Source of the DNA: a virus
Taxonomy: Duplodnaviria; Caudoviricetes
DNA length: 51,445 nucleotides
IMG/VR virus record: IMGVR_UViG_3300020045_002964
Location: 1-51,445 of that record
Reading direction: 5' to 3' (one strand)
Below, piece by piece: positions 25,639 through 36,577 of the stretch (positions within the stretch are counted from its first letter, which is position 1; each line of letters starts with the position of its first letter). Below the pieces are notes generated by a model. That model was not told where the DNA came from. It saw nothing but the letters and a program-made list of their open reading frames with translations, and did not search any database. Made by a program: the position numbers and the translations under genes.

Positions 25639-28600
25639 TTATGAGCCTTCTACATCAGGCAGTTCACGGCGAGTTATTTCTACATCTTTAGGATAGTAGT
25701 CTTTATCAAACGGAGCAGAAGGATTCCTGCTTAATTGGAACTTACGCTCAACCATAATAGTTAATGGCCGTGTAGTTGTTCCTAAGCTTTCACGATACAG
25801 CCACTTATAATTGACTCGTAATGTTAGGTTGAAGACAGGTGGGATGTATGTATCATCTTCTTTGTCCGGGAAGAAACCTGTAACATCGCCTTCTAAACCT
25901 GCACCATAATCATCATAGTTAGATTCACCGCCCGGTGCATACGCATCTACTACGTATGCACGATAGCTGAATCCTTTATCGTAGATCCACCCAGCGTCAA
26001 CTGTTAATGTAAACTCAGATTCATATTCATCAGTAGATGCTATCTCAATAGCTGCCACTTCACTGAATATTAATGGCATCAACATTACATTGCCAACAGT
26101 TGTCCAACTTCCACCATAACCACCATTAGTATTAGGTGGGCTGTTCGGATCTGTAGGTGGTTCGTTAGGAAGCTCAGGAACGCCTGGTGGCTTATATACA
26201 GTTACACCGCCAGCTTGCACGAACGTTTGGCATACACGCGCTTGTAAAGATACTTTTGGTTTTAATATATCGAAGTTATATTTAACTGACTCTAAGTTAC
26301 AATGCGCAGCAACTAAGTATGGTTTCTCATCTGAACGTCTCTGCCAGATTAGCTCGCCATCTTCATTGTAAGATACAGTTGAGCTAACATCAGATATGCC
26401 TGGGAAGTTATTAAATACTATAGGATCTAAAGCTTCCCAACGACATCCCGTCATAACTAAATCAGTAGATACACGACGTTGTGCTAGGCCATATCCGCTA
26501 GGATGGCCACTAGATAAAGCACTAGCTACAGCGAATGCAAAACTAGCAGCATCATTAATTAAGTCGAAATGATAAACTACCACACGTTGATCTGGTTTAA
26601 CACTACGATTAGTTTGAGTACGAACGATAGAGTAGAATGGATCTTCCCACGCACCATACGTAGCTTGGAAATATAAAGCAATATATTCTTGAGCGGTAGG
26701 ATCCTCTTCTGTGAGTGGGTACTTAGATGTTTTGAGTTTGCCAATCTGCAATGAAGCAGAAGATTCTAACATCTCATTAATGTCAGTAGACTCACATAGC
26801 GGTTGTGTTACAGGAATAAATACGTCTTCTGCTACTTCGTAATCATAATCTTCTGTGTTGAAATATACACGACCGGTAATATCTATATCGCACTGCCCGT
26901 AGTCCCAGCGTAATGTAATACCGGCTTGATAAACTAGTTTATCAATAATCTCTGTGACAGTAGTATGTTGTTTACACACCCAACCAATGTAAGGTAGGAA
27001 TGAATCTTCTAGGTATCCAGGCGGATCGACGCCTGTGATGTTCACGCCTAAGAACTGTGTTAGGTGTGGCGCTTCTTGATTGATGATTTCATAAAGAATC
27101 TTTTCGGTGCGTGCGTCGAAGTCATCCTCTTTATACAAACAATCAATATAAACGACATTAGTCTTAGCGCCAATATTCATATCTAAAGGCGCAGCAGTTA
27201 ATGCAATCTTAGCCATGTTAGTAAGACCGTAGAATGTAGCGCTCTGAGTGATCGTTACATTCTCTGGTGGTATTTTAATCAGCTTACCTTCGCCTTCACA
27301 GAACACGTGGTCTGTACTAAAGCGACTATAACCATTACGAATATAGCATGATGTATCAATATCATCTGGTTCAATATGAACAAGCTGCCAACTATCCCCA
27401 GCATCGCCTTCGCCTGGAAGTGAGGTAGTAGGGTCATTAAAGAATAGACGAACCAATTGAGGCTCATCACGAAACTTTAAGAATTGAAATGCTGCAATAG
27501 GCCATAAAGGATTATGATCAGTAGGTAAGTACGTTTCATTGTCTGTTGAAGTATAGTAACCTGAGATGCTGCCTTGAGCCATCAACGTAGGAAAGTCAGG
27601 GTCGGGCCAGAACGAATGGATAACTATATCTTTGCGTTCGTCTAGTAAGCCTTGCATTTGGCAAACAACATCAGTAATCTCTTCGCCTTTTGCTAGCTCA
27701 CTTTCACGATAAAACCAAATGTCAGCTTGTAAGAATCCATTAGGATCTAAGATAACATCTTTAGCGTTAGGTATAACTGTTTGAACTGGAGAGAACCTAG
27801 TATCAGTATAGTTAGGATGCGCGCCCCATTGATCGGGGGAACGACCATCTAATGAATCATTATAAGCAGCTACTTGATTGTAATAAGTATTACGAGCCGT
27901 AACATTCAAAGTAATAGTCTCTGCTACATCATCATAATCTAATGTACCAGCAATGACTTCATTGTCGTGCATACGTACGCGTACAGTACCGCCAAGTTCA
28001 GCAGCTTGTAACAGAAGACTAGACTGATCTACATTCTCTTCTAATAGGATCTCAGTATCATCGTCATCATAAGCAGCGCGAACTCTGCCGCTAATAGATG
28101 TAGCGAAGTTCTTAATACTGAATGATGGGAATGCGTTCAATGCACGAATGCGTGGTACTTGACCGTACGCTTTCGGCATGAAGTTAGCTGTATGCCATGG
28201 GTTGTAAAAGAAGAAGAAGTCTGGTACGTCTTCATCATCTACAGCAGCACAGATTCTTTCTTGCGCTAGGAATATATCAATCAAAGATATATTCTGAACA
28301 CCGTTTTCTTCTGACCATGTGACTTCGTTATCTAATTTAAAGACCCCAAAGTGTGTGCCTAGTTTAATATCTGAACCTAGCTTTGTACGATCTACAGCAT
28401 AGATAGAGAAGTAGAAATCATCAAAGTTTCTACCGCCATAGTAAAATGATGGGCCAACAGGATCATCAATTAAGGGCGCAGAAGTGCCGCGATTAGCTTG
28501 GAAAGTAATGCTAGCTGTATTACGACGTAACCCGCCGCCAGATGATGGGCGATCTGAATTAATAGTTATTTGATCTATAACGCTAGCGCAAGCAACAGCT

Positions 28601-28749
28601 GTGCTACCTAAAAATATCTGAGCGACATCGTTGCTGGACTCTTGTGACCATGCAACTTTTGGTAAGTTGTCGGCTGCATCATAGAGTACAACGATTACAC
28701 AAGGCGAAGACGATGGACTGTTAACGTTGAAATTGCCTAGGCGTTTCAT
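25639..28749 (-). CDS. Large tail tip/baseplate hub-like protein (1036 aa)
   Basis: Size, position after tape measure and Dit-like genes, P..YG.V motif. Confidence 0.7.
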   Translation of the reverse strand: MKRLGNFNVNSPSSSPCVIVVLYDAADNLPKVAWSQESSNDVAQIFLGSTAVACASVIDQITINSDRPSSGGGLRRNTASITFQANRGTSAPLIDDPVGPSFYYGGRNFDDFYFSIYAVDRTKLGSDIKLGTHFGVFKLDNEVTWSEENGVQNISLIDIFLAQERICAAVDDEDVPDFFFFYNPWHTANFMPKAYGQVPRIRALNAFPSFSIKNFATSISGRVRAAYDDDDTEILLEENVDQSSLLLQAAELGGTVRVRMHDNEVIAGTLDYDDVAETITLNVTARNTYYNQVAAYNDSLDGRSPDQWGAHPNYTDTRFSPVQTVIPNAKDVILDPNGFLQADIWFYRESELAKGEEITDVVCQMQGLLDERKDIVIHSFWPDPDFPTLMAQGSISGYYTSTDNETYLPTDHNPLWPIAAFQFLKFRDEPQLVRLFFNDPTTSLPGEGDAGDSWQLVHIEPDDIDTSCYIRNGYSRFSTDHVFCEGEGKLIKIPPENVTITQSATFYGLTNMAKIALTAAPLDMNIGAKTNVVYIDCLYKEDDFDARTEKILYEIINQEAPHLTQFLGVNITGVDPPGYLEDSFLPYIGWVCKQHTTVTEIIDKLVYQAGITLRWDYGQCDIDITGRVYFNTEDYDYEVAEDVFIPVTQPLCESTDINEMLESSASLQIGKLKTSKYPLTEEDPTAQEYIALYFQATYGAWEDPFYSIVRTQTNRSVKPDQRVVVYHFDLINDAASFAFAVASALSSGHPSGYGLAQRRVSTDLVMTGCRWEALDPIVFNNFPGISDVSSTVSYNEDGELIWQRRSDEKPYLVAAHCNLESVKYNFDILKPKVSLQARVCQTFVQAGGVTVYKPPGVPELPNEPPTDPNSPPNTNGGYGGSWTTVGNVMLMPLIFSEVAAIEIASTDEYESEFTLTVDAGWIYDKGFSYRAYVVDAYAPGGESNYDDYGAGLEGDVTGFFPDKEDDTYIPPVFNLTLRVNYKWLYRESLGTTTRPLTIMVERKFQLSRNPSAPFDKDYYPKDVEITRRELPDVEGS

Positions 28750-29609
28750 CCAAACACTGGCTCCACTAAGTAACGTGCTGTACCAGAAGCACTAGTAGGA
28801 TCGGCGTGGTTAGCAATAAACATACTATATGAACGTATGATATAACCTGGAGCCATAGGCACGTTAACTATCACACCTTTGCGAGTGCCGGCATCAGCAT
28901 CAGTCATATCAGCGTAGATCATACTAGCTCCATTAATAGTATCCCACATACTTACTTTAAGTTCTTTATACAGGTCACCACTTGATGGTGTGTAAGGCGT
29001 TGAGAATGTGCCTGAGTAAATACCAATTCCTGATGTAGTAACGTCTACAGATTTAACTGCTGAACCACCATCCCATAATTCTAATCGAACAGTGCGGTTA
29101 GTAGCAGAAGGCCAATAGAATCTAGCACCTACAACAGATATAATCTTAGTTAAGTTAAACGCACACCCTAATGTAAAGTGACCAGTTGAAGCTCCAGGTG
29201 GTGTACCTACATTTAAAGTACCCCACTCTAATAGTTGAAATACACCACCAGCTGGAAAATCCCATGTAGCATTTTCACATAAAAACTTTGCTGTACCAGC
29301 AGTAGATGGTGGGTCTGGAACAGCACCAGGAGCATGCGATCCACCAGATGCTACGAATGTTGGTATATCAGTGCCGACTAATACAACATCACCATCTCTA
29401 GTATTTACACTATCAACTGCACCACCTCCGCCTCCGCCACCTGCAATTTCTACCCAATCAGCAGCACCAGCCGCAGCTGATTTACAAATGAAAAACTTTT
29501 CATCAGTTATATTAAACCATTGCCAACCAACAGAATAACCATCAGCAACATCGTCACCAACACCAGGGTCAGTAGTTGCTAGTTTAATTGGGCGTTTAAC
29601 TTTACTCAT
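28746..29609 (-). CDS. Tail fibre protein
   Basis: DD..DGYSVG..W.N......F.C....GAA.W, poly-Gly, VDSVN...GDVVL fibre motifs; beta-sandwich C-terminus. Confidence 0.75.
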   Translation of the reverse strand: MSKVKRPIKLATTDPGVGDDVADGYSVGWQWFNITDEKFFICKSAAAGAADWVEIAGGGGGGGAVDSVNTRDGDVVLVGTDIPTFVASGGSHAPGAVPDPPSTAGTAKFLCENATWDFPAGGVFQLLEWGTLNVGTPPGASTGHFTLGCAFNLTKIISVVGARFYWPSATNRTVRLELWDGGSAVKSVDVTTSGIGIYSGTFSTPYTPSSGDLYKELKVSMWDTINGASMIYADMTDADAGTRKGVIVNVPMAPGYIIRSYSMFIANHADPTSASGTARYLVEPVFG

Positions 29610-30483
29610 ATACGTTAGCCTGTGATCCTATCTTGATTCGACGAACTTCAAACCTCCAACCATCAGTATCAGTATTGATAATTAAATTCATTACTTGAGC
29701 GTCACCAGCACCAGTTAAAGTTACAGTGAATGTGCAGTGTGCTGCAACATCTCCTTGTTCAACCATAGCTTCTATAACTGGTTCTGTAGCTGTAGCATCT
29801 GTGGAAATATCTTCTCGGTTATGCGCGGCAGCAATAACAAAAGTTGCTGATGCTGTACCTTTAACTGCGAGTACAGTCCATAAGCAATTACGCCATTCAA
29901 GAGTTGATAATGTATCAAGAACATAGTTATCATCGGCAGCATCTACTGTATGTAATGCGGCTGGGCTATGTGGATCGTTATAGTCTTGAATGTGTAGAAG
30001 TAGTGCGTTGCTTGGCACGGTATCCACCGATTCCAGTTCTGCTGTGTTATCAGTTAAGTTCAGCAATTCAAGAGTAAAGTTCCACCGTATAAAGGACTTA
30101 CCACGTTTAACGTTTAAGCCTTGGTCAATGTACTCAATACCATCTTCATTTAAAACACGTACAACATATTGATTGCCGTACATATCTTCGTATTTAATTT
30201 TAGTTGTGCCCCATTGAATTGCTTCAAGAAATACAACTAGCTGCGCACGCTCAACATCAGGGATATTTTCAAACTCTAGGTTGAAAGTGGTGTTATAATT
30301 ATTACCACGATCATAGAAGAAAACATTACCAGAACGCGTACGAACTATAGATTGATTACGAGCGCGCTTTTCTTTATTGCCTTCTTCCGGAGCTTTAAAG
30401 ATGATTGAGTAATCAGCCTCTTCATACGTAGCGGTAAATGGAGCCCAAAATTTAATCTTAGTAGATGCTTCAACGTCAGTCAT
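29602..30483 (-). CDS. Distal-tail-like protein
   Basis: Immediately downstream of the tape measure gene. Confidence 0.55.
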   Translation of the reverse strand: MTDVEASTKIKFWAPFTATYEEADYSIIFKAPEEGNKEKRARNQSIVRTRSGNVFFYDRGNNYNTTFNLEFENIPDVERAQLVVFLEAIQWGTTKIKYEDMYGNQYVVRVLNEDGIEYIDQGLNVKRGKSFIRWNFTLELLNLTDNTAELESVDTVPSNALLLHIQDYNDPHSPAALHTVDAADDNYVLDTLSTLEWRNCLWTVLAVKGTASATFVIAAAHNREDISTDATATEPVIEAMVEQGDVAAHCTFTVTLTGAGDAQVMNLIINTDTDGWRFEVRRIKIGSQANVYE

Positions 30484-33400
30484 CGTTAATCACAGTAGAT
30501 GGGTTGCGCGATTTAGGATCGTAGTTACTATCAGTGTAATTCTTATTCTTATTGATAGCTTGAATCTTCTTAATAACAGAAGCTGCAATACGATCTTCTG
30601 TTTCTTTACTTAACGTACCATCTACTTGAAGATCGATCTTAGCGTCCAACATTACCTTCTCTACTTTAACAGCTTCTAATGCTTGCCTAGCAGCTGCGGT
30701 AGCAATGTCTTCTGGTGAACGTACAGCTTCACCTTTCATACGCTTATTGATTTCATTCATGTCAGCGTTAGCTGCATCTTTATATTGAGAATTGAATGAG
30801 GTGTTTAAACCACCAAGAGTGTTAATGTCTTCTTGATAGTTGCGATTAGCGCGACGTTCATCTTCTGTACCCATTGCGTTTCGTACAGCTTGAGCGGCTT
30901 CTAAGTATGCGTTCGCAGCAGCGTCGAATTCTGCGCGACTGCCACCCTTATCAATGATGTTACGAAGATTCTTTTCTTGGTCTTCTCTCTCACTACGAGC
31001 TAAACGCCCCTGTGCACGTGGATCATCAGCACGAGCGCGCATCTGTGAATCAATAATCTCGCTGCGAAGTTTCTTCTGCAATGACAAGAAAGCTTCTTCA
31101 TTCTTTTGAACATCTCTCATTAACTTATCAGAAGCCTTTTTCTTTTCGTCTTGAGCTTTCTTATAGTTAGCTACATCTTGATTATAAATTTTTTCAACAT
31201 TAGAAGCAAACTCATCTATCTGCTTCTCTTGTGCTCGTAAGCTTTCCTTCTCTGCTTTCTCTTTCTCTTGGCGTACTTCACGATCATCTTGCGTTAGGAT
31301 ACGAGCGCGCATAGTTTCGATTTGATGAACGAAGTCAAATACTTCACCAGCTAACTTACCAAAAGTTGGATTACTAGCTATACTAACTTCAAGAATTTCA
31401 GCAAAGCCTTCTAGCTGTTTCTTAGCTTTCTCAAGTTCAGCAGAATATTTACGAATACCTTCTGCATCATTGTCAGCTACAGCAGTAGCTAATCTGTCTT
31501 CTACCGGTGTGATATTCATATCAACCCAGCTAGACAGTTCGCGTTGAGATTGAATACGTTGCTTATCTTCTTCTTGTTTAAGAAGTTCTTTACGTAGTTC
31601 TAATTCATACTCTAGATCAGTAATTAAATCTTTCTGTTCATCAGTTATGCGGCTATTAAATGCGCGAGTTTCTTTGCTACCCATTTTGGTAACATTCATA
31701 CTATCACTCATATCCTTAATCATCTTAGCTGTATGAGTTAGAGTATCTTGAACCTCCTCATCAATCTCACGAAGAGATTTAACAGCTGCATCTTTAGCTT
31801 CTGCATAAGCAGTTTCAATAGCTACACGAACCTCAGCTAAGGTTCTATTCTGAACCATTATAAATTCTTCAGCTGCACCTTCACCATACTGACTAAGACC
31901 AGCAGTAGCTTTAGGACCTTCAACACCAAAGATTTGTGATTCAAGTAATGCTGGATCAGATGTGTTTTGTTCGGCCATCTTCTTGACGGCCATAGCCTTA
32001 AACTTATTAATGCGATCTACTAACGCAGCATTACGTTTAGCTTCATCATCTGTCTTACCAAACATTAATTCATTAAGCCAGCCGCCTGTTTTAGAAGAAG
32101 CATTAGTTATAGTGTTTGAAATTTCAGTGATGCGCTTACCAAAGTTATCTGCAAGATTATTCAGCGCACGTTCAGAAGCTTTGGCAGATGTTCCAATTTG
32201 CTCCATTGCAGGGATGATCTGTTGTTTATAAAGATTAACACCACGAATCGCACCAGTAACACCACGGCGTGCACGTTCTTCGTCGAACATACTACCGATA
32301 ATATCCCCGCTTCCACCAGTTACTTCTTTCAACTGTTGGAATACATCGACTAAGTTCTTACCTCTGAATGCTGTATCACCAATGGCAACACCAGCTTCCA
32401 TTAAAGCTTTCTTAGCTTTCTCACTTGGATTCTGCAAACCATTGATTGTTTGGATTACAGAAGTGATAGCATTAGCTGTCGTCATACCTTGACGAGTAAG
32501 CAATGCTACGAATCCTGCAACTTCTTTAAGCTCAATACCAGCAGCAGCTGCAACGCCAGATAAACGACCAAAGTTCATATTCAATTGCCCGACGTTTAAT
32601 TTACCTACGTCGATAGCATCGAATAGAATATCAGAAGCTTCTGTCATTTCACCAATAGACAGACGGTATGAATCTTTGATAGAAGTCAGAAGGTTAGTAG
32701 TGCTTTGTAGATCGCTGCTAGTAGCGGTTGCGAACGTAGCAACTACGCGAGTGAAGCGTTCAAGATCGCTCGCATCAATACCAGATGATAGTGCTTCTTT
32801 GAATGCTTTGACTACGTCGAGTTTATCCATGTTAAATTCAGCAGATAGCTTCAATGCAGAAGCCGCTGTCTTATCTAACATCTGTTGGAACTCATCGCCA
32901 CTAACAGAAGCATCTGCTAGTAGTGTCGACATGCGCGCAAGTTCACGATTAAACTCTAAACCCCATTCGATGAATTTATACCCAGTATAGACACCGCCGA
33001 CTACTGCGAGCGCACTACCAAAGCCTAACAATGCAGTTGATACTGGTAATGTAGATTTACCAACTAACTGCATTGCATTAGCTGTAGCGTATAAAACACC
33101 AGCAGCAGGGTATGCGCCTATTGCGCCAGCAGCGCCTGCACCAGCACGTAATCCAGCTGAAACATTAACTGAGCTAGCTGGCGCTGATGAAGTAGATACT
33201 GGTAAAGGTCTTCCACCAGGGGTGAAGATACTATTAAACTTAGCAGCTTGTGCTTGTGCTTGCGATTGCTCACGAACATGCGCCATTCTACGACGATGTT
33301 CTTCTTCATCCATTTCACGACGATAGCGATATAGTTCAACAGCAACTAAACGTTCCTCACGTGAGCGAGCACGCTCAGCTTGCATCTTAGCACGACTAGC

Positions 33401-33742
33401 TTGAGCAAAGATATTCTCAAACTCACGCGCACTATCTTTAGCTTCACGTTGTTCAGCAGCTGCGCGCTCTTTAGCTGCACGAATGGTTGCTTTCAACTCA
33501 TTCGCACGGGCCTTCTCTTGCGCCTTAGCTTCATCGCTTCGTGCTTTATCTTGAATAGCTTGTTGATCACGAACTAATTTATTTAGATCAACCTTAAATT
33601 CTTCTGCTTTGATTTGAACTTTAAACCCGGCTGCTTCCATCGCAGCTTTTTCAGCTTCCCAGTAACGTTTAACCGCAGCTAATTGCGCATTAGCTTGGTC
33701 TGTCTTAATTACTAATTGTATTACTTCTTCGTAATAGGGCAT
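30476..33742 (-). CDS. Tail tape measure protein
   Basis: 1088 aa, helical, Ala-rich; TP901-like core (EFNRELARMSTL...GKLNVGQL...); follows the chaperone. Confidence 0.92.
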   Translation of the reverse strand: MPYYEEVIQLVIKTDQANAQLAAVKRYWEAEKAAMEAAGFKVQIKAEEFKVDLNKLVRDQQAIQDKARSDEAKAQEKARANELKATIRAAKERAAAEQREAKDSAREFENIFAQASRAKMQAERARSREERLVAVELYRYRREMDEEEHRRRMAHVREQSQAQAQAAKFNSIFTPGGRPLPVSTSSAPASSVNVSAGLRAGAGAAGAIGAYPAAGVLYATANAMQLVGKSTLPVSTALLGFGSALAVVGGVYTGYKFIEWGLEFNRELARMSTLLADASVSGDEFQQMLDKTAASALKLSAEFNMDKLDVVKAFKEALSSGIDASDLERFTRVVATFATATSSDLQSTTNLLTSIKDSYRLSIGEMTEASDILFDAIDVGKLNVGQLNMNFGRLSGVAAAAGIELKEVAGFVALLTRQGMTTANAITSVIQTINGLQNPSEKAKKALMEAGVAIGDTAFRGKNLVDVFQQLKEVTGGSGDIIGSMFDEERARRGVTGAIRGVNLYKQQIIPAMEQIGTSAKASERALNNLADNFGKRITEISNTITNASSKTGGWLNELMFGKTDDEAKRNAALVDRINKFKAMAVKKMAEQNTSDPALLESQIFGVEGPKATAGLSQYGEGAAEEFIMVQNRTLAEVRVAIETAYAEAKDAAVKSLREIDEEVQDTLTHTAKMIKDMSDSMNVTKMGSKETRAFNSRITDEQKDLITDLEYELELRKELLKQEEDKQRIQSQRELSSWVDMNITPVEDRLATAVADNDAEGIRKYSAELEKAKKQLEGFAEILEVSIASNPTFGKLAGEVFDFVHQIETMRARILTQDDREVRQEKEKAEKESLRAQEKQIDEFASNVEKIYNQDVANYKKAQDEKKKASDKLMRDVQKNEEAFLSLQKKLRSEIIDSQMRARADDPRAQGRLARSEREDQEKNLRNIIDKGGSRAEFDAAANAYLEAAQAVRNAMGTEDERRANRNYQEDINTLGGLNTSFNSQYKDAANADMNEINKRMKGEAVRSPEDIATAAARQALEAVKVEKVMLDAKIDLQVDGTLSKETEDRIAASVIKKIQAINKNKNYTDSNYDPKSRNPSTVINDD

Positions 33743-33743
33743 C

Positions 33744-34441
33744 TTAACTTCGTGGTATCATTGCAGACATGATTTGAATTTCTTCTTCTTGCCTAATAGA
33801 ATCGTACGCTAGTAAGTTAGTGAGATCCCGACGATCTAACGTATCTAGATAAGAAACCGGCTGGCTAAAACGCTCACATATACGATATAATCGATACATC
33901 AGCGTTCTACCAGCCGGAACTTCCTTCTTATTTATATCAGCACTAATCGTGCTGGCTACGTCGGGCTCGCAGTAAAATTTTCTTTAGCTTCCTCAATCGC
34001 TTTTGATTGGATGTTAGTAGCTGTTTGGATAGCATCAAAGATGCGCCCAATATCACCTTCACTAAACCCAGCGTTAAGTAGCTCAAGCTCAAATAACTTA
34101 ATAGATTCGATTGTCGAGCAATCGTTTTCCATTATTAAGTTACTATCGACAGAAAGGCACTTGTGGATAATAAAGAACTTCTCGAAGTAAATCCAATCAC
34201 TAATCTTTTTGATATAGTCTGGATCGTCGTAATTAACAGACTTCTCAGGTTCTTTACCAACTCGTACCGTTGTACTAACAACTAATGGAGCCTGTGGTTT
34301 TGGATACACGGTTTCGTATGCGCGACGAATACCGATAGGATAACCACTAACCTTCAATACAATTGATTGCTCCGAATTTGACCGATCCAATCTAACTTCT
34401 TGTACTTCACGAATTGAAACAACTTTACCATTAAGCTTCAT
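33744..34441 (-). CDS. Tail assembly chaperone, -1 frameshift-extended (GT-type) product
   Basis: Slippery A AAT TTT at 33980-33974; the -1 frame stays open for 76 codons to TAA 33746-33744. Confidence 0.8.
33956..34441 (-). CDS. Tail assembly chaperone (G-type)
   Basis: Between tail tube and tape measure genes. Confidence 0.8.
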   Translation of the reverse strand: MKLNGKVVSIREVQEVRLDRSNSEQSIVLKVSGYPIGIRRAYETVYPKPQAPLVVSTTVRVGKEPEKSVNYDDPDYIKKISDWIYFEKFFIIHKCLSVDSNLIMENDCSTIESIKLFELELLNAGFSEGDIGRIFDAIQTATNIQSKAIEEAKENFTASPT

Positions 34442-34452
34442 ACGTCACCTTA

Positions 34453-34950
34453 TTAAGTGAATGTTGCGTCGACCTGACCTTGGAGAGCAGTACCCTTAAC
34501 GGCTACTGTATTGTACTCATTACCTTCTGAGAAGGCAAATTCATCAATGTGTACTTTAGTAAAGAGCATGTCTTCATACTGTGTACGATTGCATGGGTTA
34601 TAGATACGGAAGCGAATGGTTACAGCGTAAGGACCGCAAGGATCGCTATTAACCCAACCAGCAGCTGACGCTACTGAGCTACCTTTAAGAGCATCAATAG
34701 GCGATAGGCCAGTGATACCTTGACGATACTTCCATTGTTCAAACTTAAGCGTGAAGCTTAAATCGAGAACAGATTCGTCGCCTTGTTTGCGACTGTCAAT
34801 CTTACCGCGGTTTAACACGATAAAAGAGTTGTTCTTTTCTGTGAACTTAAGATCGCCTTCGGATAAAGGAATCTCCATCGAATTAGGAACGGGGCTACCG
34901 TCTTCGATAAACATGGTTGCGTCGCGTAGATTGCGAGTTGTGCCGCTCAT
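34453..34950 (-). CDS. Major tail tube protein
   Basis: 165 aa, beta-rich, canonical position; AAGGA RBS. Confidence 0.7.
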   Translation of the reverse strand: MSGTTRNLRDATMFIEDGSPVPNSMEIPLSEGDLKFTEKNNSFIVLNRGKIDSRKQGDESVLDLSFTLKFEQWKYRQGITGLSPIDALKGSSVASAAGWVNSDPCGPYAVTIRFRIYNPCNRTQYEDMLFTKVHIDEFAFSEGNEYNTVAVKGTALQGQVDATFT

Positions 34951-34961
34951 AAATGATTCCT

Positions 34962-35432
34962 TTACTTAGGTTGATCTATACATGCTTCTGAAATAATAAC
35001 CGCGCACATTGTATCCAAGGGAGGAGTTCCACCTGTAGATATTGATTTAGCTGTGAAGGTCGCGGTTCGTAAATCGAGATAGCTTATTTTAGCTTCATGG
35101 AATGAAATGCAAGAGGTTTTTATTTGATGGGTTGTTAAATGCAAGAGCGGTTTGTATAGCTCTGCCATTTGCATATGGAAGTCAATACTCTTATCTGAAC
35201 GTGAATTTGATTTAGAGCTAAAGCAAATCAACTGAAACATATACTGTTGATAGAAATTAGAACGACGAGTTGGTTGAGGTGCAGAAGATAGCATCTCAAA
35301 TTGCAACCAATCTGGGGCGTTATCAACAGAAGGTTGTTCTATTCCTTTGATGATTAGAATACGAGTAGGATCAACCGCTTTAATTAGGTTGCCTATTCCT
35401 CTATATACATCAAAGTCTTTAGCGTCGGCCAC
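34962..35432 (-). CDS. Tail terminator-like protein
   Basis: Synteny; P.W.QF...YMFQLICFS pattern. Confidence 0.55.
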   Translation of the reverse strand: MADAKDFDVYRGIGNLIKAVDPTRILIIKGIEQPSVDNAPDWLQFEMLSSAPQPTRRSNFYQQYMFQLICFSSKSNSRSDKSIDFHMQMAELYKPLLHLTTHQIKTSCISFHEAKISYLDLRTATFTAKSISTGGTPPLDTMCAVIISEACIDQPK

Positions 35433-35898
35433 GTGCTACCTTTTCGTGAATAGCTTCTCTGCGTTTTAAGTGTAGTTCCCACTGCTTAAATACGAAGTGA
35501 GGTTGTGCTGGTGCGACAGGTTCTACAATACCTAACTCTAAAAACTTAAGATAGCTATCCCATTGAGGGTTAACTATCGCCATCTTTAAATCTTTCTTCT
35601 GTTCTACTTCTAACTGCCAACCGCTATCACCTGGCATGTTGCCAATATCGCTACCGCTAGCTTTATGACCAGGATACATCGGTCGTTTTTGTGAGCCTAC
35701 TGAGTTAGATGTAACACCAGCAGCTGCGCCCGTATCGATAGGAGTTGTTGCGATTAACCCCTTTAAAATTATTTCTATCTCTTTAACGTATGCTTCTTCA
35801 AATGCTTTAGGGTAGTAAGCAGTTATATCTCTAATCATAGCATCAAAGCCACGACGAGTTGTACCGCTACCTCTAGGTAAGATAGAAGGAAAAGCCAT
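35419..35898 (-). CDS. Neck/tail-completion protein (HK97 gp10-like)
   Basis: TPIDTG ... N...Y..FLELG ... P.HFV. Confidence 0.7.
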   Translation of the reverse strand: MAFPSILPRGSGTTRRGFDAMIRDITAYYPKAFEEAYVKEIEIILKGLIATTPIDTGAAAGVTSNSVGSQKRPMYPGHKASGSDIGNMPGDSGWQLEVEQKKDLKMAIVNPQWDSYLKFLELGIVEPVAPAQPHFVFKQWELHLKRREAIHEKVARGRR

Positions 35899-36347
35899 TA
35901 GCCTAACCTACTACAACCTAAACGCCAACGTGTTTCTAACGTTGAGTTATCTAGCATTTGAATACGATAACGTTCACCAGTAGTTTTACTACGAGTGATA
36001 ACATCGTTAGTACGTATTTGAACTACAATCAATTCACCTTCATCGTTGGTGAATGATTTAGGTACTTCAATTACTGTATCGAATTTGTCGAATGCGTCTT
36101 TTTGAATTGATACAGAACGTTCATGTAGTTGTGGTACTGAACCACCATTACGACGTGAAGGTTGGCGTTGTAGGCAGTAAGGTACTTCTATTGTATTAAC
36201 ATTACGCGCTGCTGTACCGTCATCAAAATTAACTGTAGCGTTATCTGTGATATGCTCTAAGAGCATAGTTTCCCAGTTATCAAAGATTTTATAGTCATCT
36301 TTGATGCTGTTCTTAAACGCTTGATTAAGGTCTGGGATCACGGGCAT
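35898..36347 (-). CDS. Head closure-like protein
   Basis: Synteny; D.I.....RYRI...W pattern; TAATG coupling. Confidence 0.55.
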   Translation of the reverse strand: MPVIPDLNQAFKNSIKDDYKIFDNWETMLLEHITDNATVNFDDGTAARNVNTIEVPYCLQRQPSRRNGGSVPQLHERSVSIQKDAFDKFDTVIEVPKSFTNDEGELIVVQIRTNDVITRSKTTGERYRIQMLDNSTLETRWRLGCSRLG

Positions 36348-36574
36348 TAGCAATACCCTTGTGATTCTTCCTGTGCTGGTGCAATTAAACCAATTTGCTT
36401 ATCAATACCTTCTAAAGCTTTTTGTAGTTGCTCTAGGTACTTACCCCATGATACACGCTGACCGTCAATATCATAGTCAGGTTTAGGTTGTGAAGTAACC
36501 TGCGCGATTAATAAGATTATATTATCGCGTGACGTTTGAAGAATAATTAAATTGTCTTCATCTGTATTAGGCAT
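36347..36574 (-). CDS. Head-tail adaptor (gpW-like)
   Basis: Helix-hairpin-helix layout, PKPDYDIDGQRVSW..YLEQL. Confidence 0.65.
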   Translation of the reverse strand: MPNTDEDNLIILQTSRDNIILLIAQVTSQPKPDYDIDGQRVSWGKYLEQLQKALEGIDKQIGLIAPAQEESQGYC

Positions 36575-36577
36575 CTT

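Noticed and set aside
24606-29609. Diversity-generating retroelement or invertible tail-fibre cassette
   Set aside because: No reverse transcriptase, recombinase or TR/VR-like duplicate seen
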